From contig NC_068983.1 in assembly GCF_001194135.2 (NCBI RefSeq), forward strand, positions 76,026,086-76,090,085: 64,000 bases of DNA, written 5' to 3'. The position numbers were made by a program, and so were the translations under genes. Source of the stretch: Octopus bimaculoides. Lineage: Eukaryota. Each line of letters begins with the position of its first letter. The stretch's first letter is position 1. The notes beneath the pieces are model-generated. The model did no database searches and had not been told where the DNA came from. It saw only the letters and a list, made by a program, of their open reading frames with translations. Below, piece by piece: positions 37,076-49,973 of the stretch.

Positions 37076-39657
37076 AGTTCATCCGTATTGATTTGTCGAG
37101 TTCCCATTAGGTACTACGCCATATGTCACCTCCATGTCACCATATCAAGCTCTCAGTTTTAACTTGTTTAGAGAATATCTGGCAATTAGTTCCCCGCTAC
37201 TTATCCCATCCTTTTCCATCTGTTTTCTTACTACCATTATTGCAACCATCAGAGACACAACCATACTCACCACCACCTCCACCATTACTATCCTTCTTCT
37301 CACCATCATTTATACATATGTGTGATTATGTGTGTGTGTGTGTATGCATTTATGTATACAAATGAATATATATGTAAGTATAGTTTAACTGAGATTTGAA
37401 TAATTATTCTGATTGAAACATGATTGAGATTCGTTCGTTCAAAATCTTAAACCTTTTATATGATTCACGTATCCTTCTCAGAATATATTACATAATTTAA
37501 ATCGTAAGGCTAGAAATATAAAATGAAGATCCTTTAGTGATAACATATTGATCAAGTAGCGTGTTTTCCATTTAATTTTCAGTAATCATTGGCACAAAGT
37601 TTAAAAGATTTACCAGTTGAATAGGTTCAATCAGTTTTCCTTGCACTTTAAAACGACAGTGTAATTAATAGGCTGTAGCTTTCAATTATTATCACTAGTT
37701 TTTACTACAAGACATGCTGTCTGAAGTTTTAGGATTTAAAATATGCGCTGTCAACTTTAACGTATTTAAGGTGTTTGTTTCGAAGTTGAAAATGGAGAAC
37801 TGAGTTTTAAAGTGAGTTGGCCGAGTGACTATGCTAATTCAAAGATGTGATAATGCATGCAAGTTAATGAGATGCGCAGAAGTCACACATTTTCATCTTC
37901 TGTCAAATAAACTCTACGTAAATACAGGAACGAGCGCTCACTATCGCAATCAGGAAAGCTTGGCGACAGTTAGTATTCCGAGAATATAATCGTATACGTG
38001 AATGAAAATGTGATTGACTATGTCTTGCTATACTGATTATTGTCAGTTGAATCCAAACTTAGTGAATTCATGTTTCAAAGAAACAGATAAATGCAATATC
38101 GGGCTTCCTTGTGACATGTTTAGCTCTACATTATCCGCCATGTTTTCACAATTAGACATACAATCTTATAAACAGTCAGTTATGTTGCAGTTGTTGTTAA
38201 TGTTTAACCCAGGTCAGTCCCTATCTAGTAGACTACATGACCAAAAGCATCCCAGGTGTTACTGTCTCACCAGTCCATATGCCTAGGATTACGATTTTAA
38301 TGCTATTTATTTGCTAAGTCGTTAATATCTCATCAATTTATACATCTAGTATGACGTTGTCTATTGTACCAGTCATTTGTCAAGAAAGTAGGGTGTAATA
38401 TAAATGAAATTTCATTGCCTACTATTTCTAGCAGGTCAGAAAACGGCATAGATACCCTCTCCAACATGGTGATAATTTCTCGAATATAGGTCAGCATGAA
38501 TTATATTGAGTATTAAACTGTGTATAGAATACTTAGGAATATGTGTGTCAGTATATATTCGTATGTGTCTGTGTCTGTGCATTTGTACTTGTGTATGTAT
38601 AGTCATACAGAGCTTTGTATGAAAACGCTTGAGTTAAAGTAAAAAATAGCGAGAGCACTAGATCGAGGGGCAAACTTGATAAGATGTCCTTAAGATTTTT
38701 TCCGAAAGTACTTTTCCTACCACATGCCCTTTGTTACACCCGTCACACGCTTTTTGAATATAATCAATATCAGAGTAACAAATTACTGATTGAAAACCTC
38801 TGCCAGTTCTGATCCTCATTAACGTAACAATAGCAACGAATGAATAAGAGACATATTTACAGTAATTGTATATTATTTCAGTAACAACATTATGCTACAA
38901 TTGGAGATTATGCTACAATTGGGTGTGTTGTAGCTGATGATCACATGTGTAGCATATTTCTAAGGATGAATCTACTCCACTCACTAAGTCACATTTATAG
39001 TTTTAACACGTTAAGCTACGACTCCGTTGTAGATAATACAATGATTCATACCATTAGGCAAAGGTGTGTAGTTACCTCCCTGGATACAGAATCCTCAGTC
39101 GGTGAAACAGCAAATCCAGCAAGCAAATTGAAATTTTGTAAGACTCACGGTAACACTGAAATCTGAGCTGAGGTCTTGCCCTTCGGTAGTGGTCATATCA
39201 CACAAGATCGTCATGAAGTGTAATTAGGAAACGGTGTCAACATTAATGTATTGCAACCGCAGAATAATGCTTTTGATCGCTAGCAATGCATAAAGCGAGT
39301 AAAGAATGGTGCAAAACTTCTTTCAATGCGCGTCTTTCTCGTGCAATATTTTTTAAGGCGATTTATAGGGTATCATAACAATTGCGAAAAGGTTGTATAT
39401 AGTTTTGTAAACACGGGCTTAGGAAATCACTAACGAAATAATCAGATCAGAGAAAAACTTGTCTACTATACGTTTATAACATTTTATAACATGCAGTCCA
39501 TGTAGGGAAGTTTGCATAGTATCTATGCATAGCTGGGCACTATGCAGAGAAATACTCTTCTTTTTATTGGTGTACGCATGCAAAGGTTTGGAAGGCGTGA
39601 TAGAAGACATGTAAGAACCTGCCGGGTTTAAAGTACAGCTATAAAAAAGGGGGTATA

Positions 39658-40600
39658 TACAGGAGTTGGACAAAATAATGAAAACACTTTGTTAAATGGC
39701 CATCTTTGGCAGCAATCGCAGCTTTAATACGTTCTGGAATTTACATATACAGGTTCTGAAGGTTGTTAGGCATATGTTTAAGTATTCTTAAAATATAACA
39801 TGCATTAGCTCTTTCAACGACGACGGTGGTGGGAAGCGGCTCCTCACTTGCTGTTCCAAAATGCAGCATAGATATTGATTATATTAAGATTGTGGAGTCA
39901 ATCCAAGTGGTCTACTTCCCTTTGGTGCACTCCGTACCAATTCTGAATTACATTAGTTGTGTGAATCGGAGTATTACGGTTCTAGAATATTGCGTTAACA
40001 TCAGGGAACAATGTTTGTATTTTAGGATGGACCTCATCAGCTAAAATACTCTGATAATTCCTGATGTTAATTATGCCAAGAAGAACAACTAGAGGGTCAA
40101 GAGACTGCCATAATATGGGTGGTCAAAGCATCACAGAGTCACCTTCATGCCTCATGATAAAGCCCAAACAGTCAAGGCTGAAGGCTTATTTGGACTGTTT
40201 CCAGTCACAAAGTCATCCGAAGAATGTTAAAGGGTGATGATCTATCAGAGAAGACGGTATTATTCCATTGAGCCATTGACCTTTTCTCATAGTATATAGA
40301 CCAATTTTTGTACTTATCAGTGTTCATGATGGTCGGAGAATTTTAGGAATTTGATCTCTTCCATGATATTCTCTTCATGGAGCTCACGGCGAACGGCTTT
40401 TGTTGATACAGAGACGATGAGATGGTGATTTAGCTCAGGTATCACACATTGCCCCGTAGTTCGTTAGCTTGTAGGTGCAACAAGATTCCCTATTCTGTGG
40501 TCCCGTTCTGGAAGGCTTGTCTTTCGTCTAGAATTATGCTTGCCAAAGTAGATTTACTTTGATTTTGGAAATTCCAACATTGTTTTATAGAATTTATCTC
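39658..40600 (-). mobile_element. Decayed Tc1-like (DD34E-type) transposon
   Basis: HNSRRKTSLPERD..ELNHHL..VSTKAVRRELH, VKHEGDSVM, YQSILADEVHPKIQTLFPDVNAIF*NRNTPIHT; terminus TA-CAGGAGTTGGACAAAATAATGAAAACAC at 39658; other end not clear. Confidence 0.85.
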
Positions 40601-41415
40601 TCAAAACATTAAATAGTCCAACAGTCTCAGTAATTGAAGGTCCTGCAATACGCTCTCCAACAAATTCTCCTCCATGTAACTGAAATAGGTCACATATTTA
40701 AATATAAAGAATATGAATACCTACAAAAGAGAAACACAGAATGTTTTATCATGAAGTATACATATTACATAAAACGTATGAACACATTTTTGCAGAGTAG
40801 AACAGTTGTGAATTCNNNNNNNNNNNNNNNNNNNNNNNNNNNNNNNNNNNNNNNNNNNNNNNNNNNNNNNNNNNNNNNNNNNNNNNNNNNNNNNNNNNNN
40901 NNNNNNNNNNNNNNNNNNNNNNNNNNNNNNNNNNNNNNNNNNNNNNNNNNNNNNNNNNNNNNNNNNNNNNNNNNNNNNNNNNNNNNNNNNNNNNNNNNNN
41001 NNNNNNNNNNNNNNNNNNNNNNNNNNNNNNNNNNNNNNNNNNNNNNNNNNNNNNNNNNNNNNNNNNNNNNNNNNNNNNNNNNNNNNNNNNNNNNNNNNNN
41101 NNNNNNNNNNNNNNNNNNNNNNNNNNNNNNNNNNNNNNNNNNNNNNNNNNNNNNNNNNNNNNNNNNNNNNNNNNNNNNNNNNNNNNNNNNNNNNNNNNNN
41201 NNNNNNNNNNNNNNNNNNNNNNNNNNNNNNNNNNNNNNNNNNNNNNNNNNNNNNNNNNNNNNNNNNNNNNNNNNNNNNNNNNNNNNNNNNNNNNNNNNNN
41301 NNNNNNNNNNNNNNNNNNNNNNNNNNNNNNNNNNNNNNNNNNNNNNNNNNNNNNNNNNNNNNNNNAACCAAGTGTCCGTTACGTTTTTATTCCTACAGTT
41401 CTAGAGAGGTTATGC

Positions 41416-41491
41416 GCCTTCAGCTTTTTGAATCTGACGAGTCTGTTAAGCGCTTTATAGGTGCGAAACCAATGGTCATTCTTTGACCGGC
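41416..41491 (+). ncRNA. Type I hammerhead ribozyme-like motif (HHR-D), best core in the window
   Basis: GAAT / CTGACGA-G (41434-41441) / decayed palindromic helix II / C-GAAA (41464-41468) / CC-AAT-GG / TC / ATTC. Canonical G10.1-C11.1 pair, GUC triplet; helix I extendable via TCAG/TTGA and GCC/GGC around a U-rich loop. Confidence 0.7.
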
Positions 41492-41509
41492 CATATTTTT
41501 AACTTCCTA

Positions 41510-41547
<38 letters not shown>

Positions 41548-42474
41548 GTGTGTGTATGTATATATATATGCATATACATACATACACACACACACGCGCA
41601 AACACGCATACACATACAAGCATATATTAATGTTTGCATTTATAGTCAGTTATGATGAAAAGATTTTACATTAATCTGATAGGTTACTCTATAGTCTTGT
41701 AGTGTACTAAGTTATCATTTTTGAACAAGAATGTTTTTGACAGTCATTCCAAATTTAGGGCCAGTTAAGCCATCGTCGAACTACACTCCGGCGATTGATT
41801 ACCTGGCTGCAACTTCGAAGTCACTGCCATCTGTATATATCTATAAAAGAGATTTCGAATCATGAGTTTTGAACAAGAAACGCCATGGACCATACATATA
41901 CATTATCGTCAGGAAAATCAACAGCTGCAATAATAAGTGCCGCAGCAACATTGAAGCCAAACGCAAACAACAAAAACAACTACAGCAGGAGAAGCAACAG
42001 TAGCTGCAACACCAGCAGTAGCATTTGGTGGCTATAATTACGTTTCATTAGCAAGTTAAATGCGTGAAGTTGTTTGATCTAAATCCCTGTTCAAATGCGA
42101 ACTAAGAATTTATGAGCATCAGATAAAGGAGTTCAAAGACACACTAATGCAATGTTTTCGATAACAGGCATGCAGCGTAGAGGTGTGCATGATAGAAGTC
42201 ATGTACAAACTAACATACAGTCGCACAGACACATAACACAGGGAAAATACACATATACATACGCCCATTAGTAAGCACACTGACAGATATACAGAGGAGA
42301 CATTGATTCGATGTCGTAAAATATTTGTGACAGAGACATAGCCTTGTTATTCTCCGTCTCGCTCTAACTACAAGTATAAGCAGATAATACGCATACATAT
42401 ATACGTGTGTGTGTCATTGTCTAACTGTATGTATGTGCTTGAGTGTATAGTACCTACACACACACACACAAACA

Positions 42475-42520
<46 letters not shown>

Positions 42521-42700
42521 CACAGGTATAGATGGAGAGTAACTTTTGAGATACCTTCTGGAAACGTCTCTGATTCTATCTTTATTGTTTAACATTATAT
42601 ACATACATACATACATATATGTGTGTCTGTGTCTGTGTGCGTGTGTGTGTATATAAAAGTATATATCTATATATACATATATATGTACATACGCCATTAC

Positions 42701-42747
<47 letters not shown>

Positions 42748-42944
42748 GCATATGCATATAAACAGATGGACATACGCATATCAGTCAGTGAGTATTTATG
42801 TATGTGATGCTTGGATCTAGATATGCACATATATACACATAAGCATGCACACGTACACGCATACACTCACCGATACACATATGCATACACACAGATATGT
42901 GCATGTATGTGTGCATGTATGGTTATATGTATAGCTATCTAACA

Positions 42945-43046
<102 letters not shown>

Positions 43047-43300
43047 AAAAACTGATATATAATTCACTAGTGTTTTCTTCATTTAAGTTCTAGAAAAATA
43101 CAACACAAACATTCATTTCCATTAGATATATACACAAGCATACATCAATTTTGTATACACTGCGTAGTTGAGATATGGCGCTACTTAATTCTTAGTTCAA
43201 TGCCATTGCATGAAACGTTAAATATATATCGAAATACATAGCCTCGGCCTTTTCAATGCACAATGAGTAGAATTTGGAAGACAGAAATAGTGCAGAGCCC

Positions 43301-43395
<95 letters not shown>

Positions 43396-43420
43396 GTCTG
43401 TCTGTCTCTCNNNNNNNNNN

Positions 43421-43480
<60 letters not shown>

Positions 43481-43481
43481 G

Positions 43482-43518
<37 letters not shown>

Positions 43519-44935
43519 ATATCAAGAGTGATACATAAAAATCCGGTGTATTTTTATGTATTACTCTTGAAAACGAACTATTGGTTATCTACAATTTAAG
43601 GCTGACACACAAATTTAAGCAAATTTCCTGGTGCTTACCAGTAATATATCCGGTGTGTCAGAATTTTTTAGAATACTCAAGCAAGCCGAAGAATCAATGC
43701 ACCACAAGTTTAATACTCAGTTACAATTGTTTCAATGCCATCCGTTTCAAACTACCTTACTTAAAAATTATTATGCGTGCCAAATTATACAATATCTATA
43801 TACATTCATACATGGTTGAATATGTCTGAGTGGCACCTCATCAGACTTCTACTACAAAGAATATATAACTCCAGTATATTTCACTATGTGCAGATTTATA
43901 GAGATGTATATTCTGTGAGATATGCCGAAACAATTTAGCAGAATATTATAAAGCAGATAAGAACATGTCATTGATAATGTTACAGGTGGTGAGGAAAGGA
44001 CATTGTCGAAACAACTGACTGAATGAGCAAAAGATTGATTAAACAGTTTATTCCGTTATTAATCAACTAGTTAATTAAAAATTATAAAAAGGACTACAAG
44101 AACAACAAGAAGAAATACAACTACAGTAAAGATGACGATGATGAGGAGGATAATGATAAGGAGGAGGTGGGGTGGATTTGTTTTATTGGTCAAAATAGTC
44201 TAAACGATTGAGGAAAATATTAAAGATGGCGTTTACATCGATCGAAAGAAAAATCAACAAAAGTAAAAGGGTATGACAAAGAATATAGCAAAAGGTGTAA
44301 AAATAAAATTCGAGCAAAAGTTTCAAGAAAGTTTTTCCAAGAGCAGAGCAGTCCAACAATAGTATTTCGAGATCAAAATCAACACAAAAGATTTAGATTG
44401 CTCATCCGTTTCCAGAACATCAAAAGTGCTGTCTACCAGTTTGTTTCCTTCTACATAGAAGAAAAAAAAAAGCATATTCATAGGAGACAATTCAGTTTTG
44501 CTGCTCTAAATTACTTTTGGAAACGCACACTAGAAGGAGGCGTGTATCTCTGCCACTCACTACCTTCACTTCAAGTGATACTTAAAATATTTACTTATAG
44601 CCTTGCCAGTTCGGAAATTACCTGTTTTCGAAACTTTCATATTATTCCAGTCTAACATCTTTCGCCATAGCAACAAAGAAGTCAAAAATCTTTCCCTCGT
44701 TACCTACCGAAGTGAGTTAGCGTATCGATGGTCACTAGAGATTCGATTGACATCCTGACTCGTCCTATACGCAAAGGTAGATGTTCGACATAATCTCTGG
44801 ATTTGCTAACGCATGGACAATGAAGGATGGCGTGCAAATAGTTTCCTTCCTTGCATGCATTTCAGAGAGGTTTAGCTGTTGGTGCTTCCAGCTTGCTACC
44901 AGTCGAAGCAGACGGCTACTAAGGGAGGGGTGAAA

Positions 44936-44998
44936 CAGTGTAGTATATCAGCCAGACAGTGTAGTATATCAGCCAGACAGTGTAGTATATCAGCCAGA
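44936..44998 (+). repeat. Perfect 21-bp tandem repeat x3 (CAGTGTAGTATATCAGCCAGA)
   Basis: Read directly from the sequence. Confidence 0.95.
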
Positions 44999-45094
44999 CG
45001 ATCCAATCCAGACAGTTTGCGACTCACAAGTGCCTCAGTGCACCCGCAATTTCATCAGATGAAATCGATCTCACGTATCTTTCAACAAAATTGT

Positions 45095-45240
45095 AGGGAA
45101 AGGATGAAAGGCAAATTCAACCTCAGTGACATTTGAACACAGAACATAAAACCGGAGCAATAGCGATTCTGCTAGCCGCATTAGCTAATTCTTTCTACTA
45201 TAGGCACAAAACCCGAAATTTTACGAGAGGTAGCTAGTCG
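45095..45240 (-). mobile_element. Family B SINE fragments
   Basis: AAAGGATGAAAGGCAAATTCAACCTCAG..ATTTGAACACAGAAC..CGATTCTGCTAG is the reverse complement of the family B head and central domain. Confidence 0.6.
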
Positions 45241-45985
45241 TCATTGATAAGGTTACGCGCTGTAAGGAAAAGACATTATCGAAGCGATTGATTAAAGGAC
45301 AATAAGTACACAATGTGTTATAACCACTTGTATTCATTTTGCTAAATATTTGATGTGACAATGTGTGACAATGTGTGTTGAAACAGATGCTGTTGTACTT
45401 TGGGAGCGATCATTTTGATAATTAAATCAGACATATTAGTTGTATTGCACTTTATTTTTTCATTAGTAACAGTCAACTAGTTTACTAATTATCTGTACGA
45501 TCAATTATTTGAACAATCATTCATCTGAACAATGAATTAGTTGATGTTTCAGAATCGTTTTGTTACAGTCTGCAAGCTTACTGTAGACTTGCCCTCGTCT
45601 ACTATTCTCTGTGCAAATGAACACTCCCGCAAGTTCCTTAAACTTACTTTAGCTCGGTATTTATTTTAATTTAGTGTTTGTACTGTGTGTATGCATTTGC
45701 GAATGCATCTGTGTACCTCATTCTAATTGAACTTCTGTTAAGGTCGGTACTTTTATATTTCATCTGTTGTAGTTTCTTGTTGACGTGTCAGTTACAGATG
45801 TGATTTATGTACCAGTGTTTCCGCAGGTTAATACTGTTATTTTTTTGAATGGAAGGACGGTATTTCTAATTTCATGTTACCATCTTTTGCCAAAATGAGT
45901 GATTAGTGTGTAAATTTCCTTTTTCTTACTTATTAAGTAAGATTATGCATTTCAATTTCTCAGCCTGTTGTTTTAAAAAGCTGAA

Positions 45986-46022
<37 letters not shown>

Positions 46023-46691
46023 NNNNNNNNNNNNNNNNNNNNNNNNNNNNNNNNNNNNNNNNNNNNNNNNNNNNNNNNNNNNNNNNNNNNNNNNNNNNNN
46101 NNNNNNNNNNNNNNNNNNNNNNNNNNNNNNNNNNNNNNNNNNNNNNNNNNNNNNNNNNNNNNNNNNNNNNNNNNNNNNNNNNNNNNNNNNNNNNNNNNNN
46201 NNNNNNNNNNNNNNNNNNNNNNNNNNNNNNNNNNNNNNNNNNNNNNNNNNNNNNNNNNNNNNNNNNNNNNNNNNNNNNNNNNNNNNNNNNNNNNNNNTAT
46301 ATATATATATATATATATACAATCATCTATATAGATATATATGCATGAACACACACACATACGAACGCTTGCGCGCGCGTACGCTCACACACACGCACAC
46401 ACACACACACACACATACACAAGCACTACAGACATGTGTTGCATAGTCTTTTTCCTTGAAACAAATGACTTTGATCCAGGATAGTAAATATATATAATAT
46501 GTATACATATTTTGACGTATATATAACCTCATTTCTATTTCCTCGTGCCAGACATGTTTAACTTAAACCATGTTTAACTTAAACCATGTTTAACTTTTTA
46601 TGAATATTATTCCGCAAAAGAAATTCTCTCTCGTTAACTTGTCTTTGCAAAATCTAATATTAGACAACATTCCAGTTGTGTCTACTAATAT

Positions 46692-46768
<77 letters not shown>

Positions 46769-49700
46769 TGATGTATGTACAAGTATACATATATACTTGT
46801 GTGCATGAATGTTTGTTTATATGCATGTGCGTGCTCAACTGTGCGTTTATGTAAGCAATAGATGCTGCTTCCATCGATAAAATATAATTAACAAATGAAT
46901 TCGAGACTGAAATACGTGCCGACCGAATTCGATGTGTTCGTCTAAGTCCTTGTAGGTGCACAGGTATCACCGTAGTCAAATAAGTGGAAGCATTTCCAGA
47001 ATAACAGTGTAAAAACCATATATATATATATGTATATANNNNNNNNNNNNNNNNNNNNNNNNNNNNNNNNNNNNNNNNNNNNNNNNNNNNNNNNNNNNNN
47101 NNNNNNNNNNNNNNNNNNNNNNNNNNNNNNNNNNNNNNNNNNNNNNNNNNNNNNNNNNNNNNNNNNNNNNNNNNNNNNNNNNNNNNNNNNNNNNNNNNNN
47201 NNNNNNNNNNNNNNNNNNNNNNNNNNNNNNNNNNNNNNNNNNNNNNNNNNNNNNNNNNNNNNNNNNNNNNNNNNNNNNNNNNNNNNNNNNNNNNNNNNNN
47301 NNNNNNNNNNNNNNNNNNNNNNNNNNNNNNNNNNNNNNNNNNNNNNNNNNNNNNNNNNNNNNNNNNNNNNNNNNNNNNNNNNNNNNNNNNNNNNNNNNNN
47401 NNNNNNNNNNNNNNNNNNNNNNNNCACCGGCGTTTCGAAGAACTGGGCAGGACGCATCGTTAAAACGGCTCTTCCCATGGACCGCAAATTAAATTTGTAT
47501 ACACAAATTAAATCTTGCCATGGAGGAATGTAGTGGCGGACAAAAACCAAGACAGGAAAACAAACAGAAAAGGCTTTACGGCCAGACGAGAAAAATTATG
47601 TGTGTATGAACGCTGTGAGGCACAAATTCCATGCGTATGCACCCACGAACATATATATATATATATATATATATATCTACAAATAATATAAACATATGCA
47701 CACAAACTGGAAAACTGTTCCTTGAAATATACAGAAATCTTCATTTTACAAAGTTACTTGTACGTCCAATGTATGCATCACAGCTAAAGATGAAATGTGT
47801 AAATAAATGACTAAAGAGAAATTTTATTGTAATTATTATCTATTGGTGAAATGTTTTACATCTATCTTCATAATTTGTTTAGTCCAAATAAAGTTGATCT
47901 AGTCTGATACAACATCTTTGGACCTGTATCAGATTAATAAGGTTGTCGAATCACTAACTGTTTTATTAGTGTATTACAGTTTACACTATAGCAAAACACC
48001 TCATCTTGCATTAAAATATACTATAGGCCATTGTAAGGTGGTCAACGAAGGCGAAGAAACATTAAATGAAAGCGTATGCGATTTTAATGAAGAACAAGTA
48101 AGATAAAGGGTGCAGATACAATAATTCTGTTGACCGCTAAGAAAATACACCACCGTCACTTCCAGACTGAAAAGATGGTATTTTCAAGTAAGCAGAGCCA
48201 CAATTTAGGAAATTCCGTCAGAATCATCATTTTCAGCCTGAAAGGTGACTGAAACATCAGGATCTAGGAGTGAAACTGGAAGAATATATTCTTCAAGAAC
48301 TGGTTATGAAATTGCTGTACAACTGCTAGTCATTGAATTGACTCTTCCATGGCACGAAATTTGATTATTGCTTGTGAACTTATCCTTCAAACACGTATAC
48401 TGTTTAATATCATTTGGTATTTGTTTATTAGTTTATGCTGCCGTATAGAAATATTCATTATTTATTGTTTTGTAATAAAACTGCGTTACTCCAGGCATTT
48501 TACAACTTCACCTGTCACCTAAATTAGTATATCAGATTCATCACTGCTTTCTTCTTTACTTTCTTGCTCGAGGTTTACAATCATGTACTCGCTTTCTGAG
48601 TCAGGATGATGATGTACATTTACTTACTATAGCGTTATCTACATTCACCCATTCTATAACAACTTCGCCTTATCTTTTTCAATTTAAATCCTAAATTCTG
48701 TAAACTCATTTATAGTGTCTTTACTGGGTGCAGACTCAAACGTTGAATTTGATCACAATATCTACTGTCCATTTTTCTGTGTGGTTGCCTCTACAATCCT
48801 ACACTCATTAGCAATGCATCTCATATTTATTTTATATATCTTTCATATTTATGCAAGGCGACTAGATTAGTAAAGGTCGACTTTATTTTGGAATCAGTTT
48901 TTCCCATGTTCATTATGTTTCAATTTACCTGTGGTTGTAATAAAAATGCTATGGTCCTTGTCTCAGAAATTCGTGTCGATCACATATAAGAAACATAAAC
49001 GTAGTTATTGGCTGTAGATAGACGCATGGCTGCTTAGTTAACTCTCTTGCATTGCAATCAGATGTTTTGATCTCATTGCTTGCATTTTGGGTGCCTTTTA
49101 CGATAGCCTCGAATTGATCCAAGCTTTTTGAGCGAAATTAAGTATACAGTAACTGTGCAGAAACCTACCAGAGTGATCTTAACTGCAGCTGAAATTGTAT
49201 AAGAAGTAAGCTATCATCTTCTTTAACATCTGATATTAGGATATTTTTTAGTGACATCTACTGCTTTAAGCATTCGTATTAATTCTTCAGTCTGAAGAAA
49301 ATCTGATACCGGAAAGCACTATACATAGGATGATGTTTCATTCTTAATTCCATCTTTCCTTCATTTCCTCCCATTCTTTGCTTTGTTTGTTTGTTTGCTT
49401 GTTTGTTTGTTTGTTTGTTTGTTTGTTTGTTTGTTTGTTTTTTCTTTCTTCCTTCCTTCCTTCTTCCTTCTTTACTCTGTTAATGTTATATCCACTGTAA
49501 AAAGGATTATGGGCGCAGCAATTATTTCTTTCACTAAGACATATAAAAATAAAAGAATTAGCAAGAAAAACATTAAGAAGAAGCAAGAATTTGGTAGCAT
49601 TTTGAATTCAACCTGAATATTGTTTATTCTGCCAAACAGATGTATATATATATATATATANNNNNNNNNNNNNNNNNNNNNNNNNNNNNNNNNNNNNNNN

Positions 49701-49935
49701 NNNNNNNNNNNNNNNNNNNNNNNNNNNNNNNNNNNNNNNNNNNNNNNNNNNNNNNNNNNNNNNNNNNNNNNNNNNNNNNNNNNNNNNNNNNNNNNNNNNN
49801 NNNNNNNATACAAATATTTATATATATATTGTATATGCATGGATATTCGGATGTTCATACGTAATGTTCTGATATAAACACACATACACATACACGCACA
49901 CACACACACTCATTAACACACACACACACACTCTT

Positions 49936-49973
<38 letters not shown>

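Noticed and set aside
43960-44060. GTGAGGA..GAC-ATT-GTC-GAAA as a hammerhead
   Set aside because: C3 and the UH triplet are both absent; the segment is homologous to 45240-45300 and is an old repeat fragment.
49291-49330. CTGAAGA...GGAAAGCAC as a hammerhead
   Set aside because: No credible helix II or helix I.
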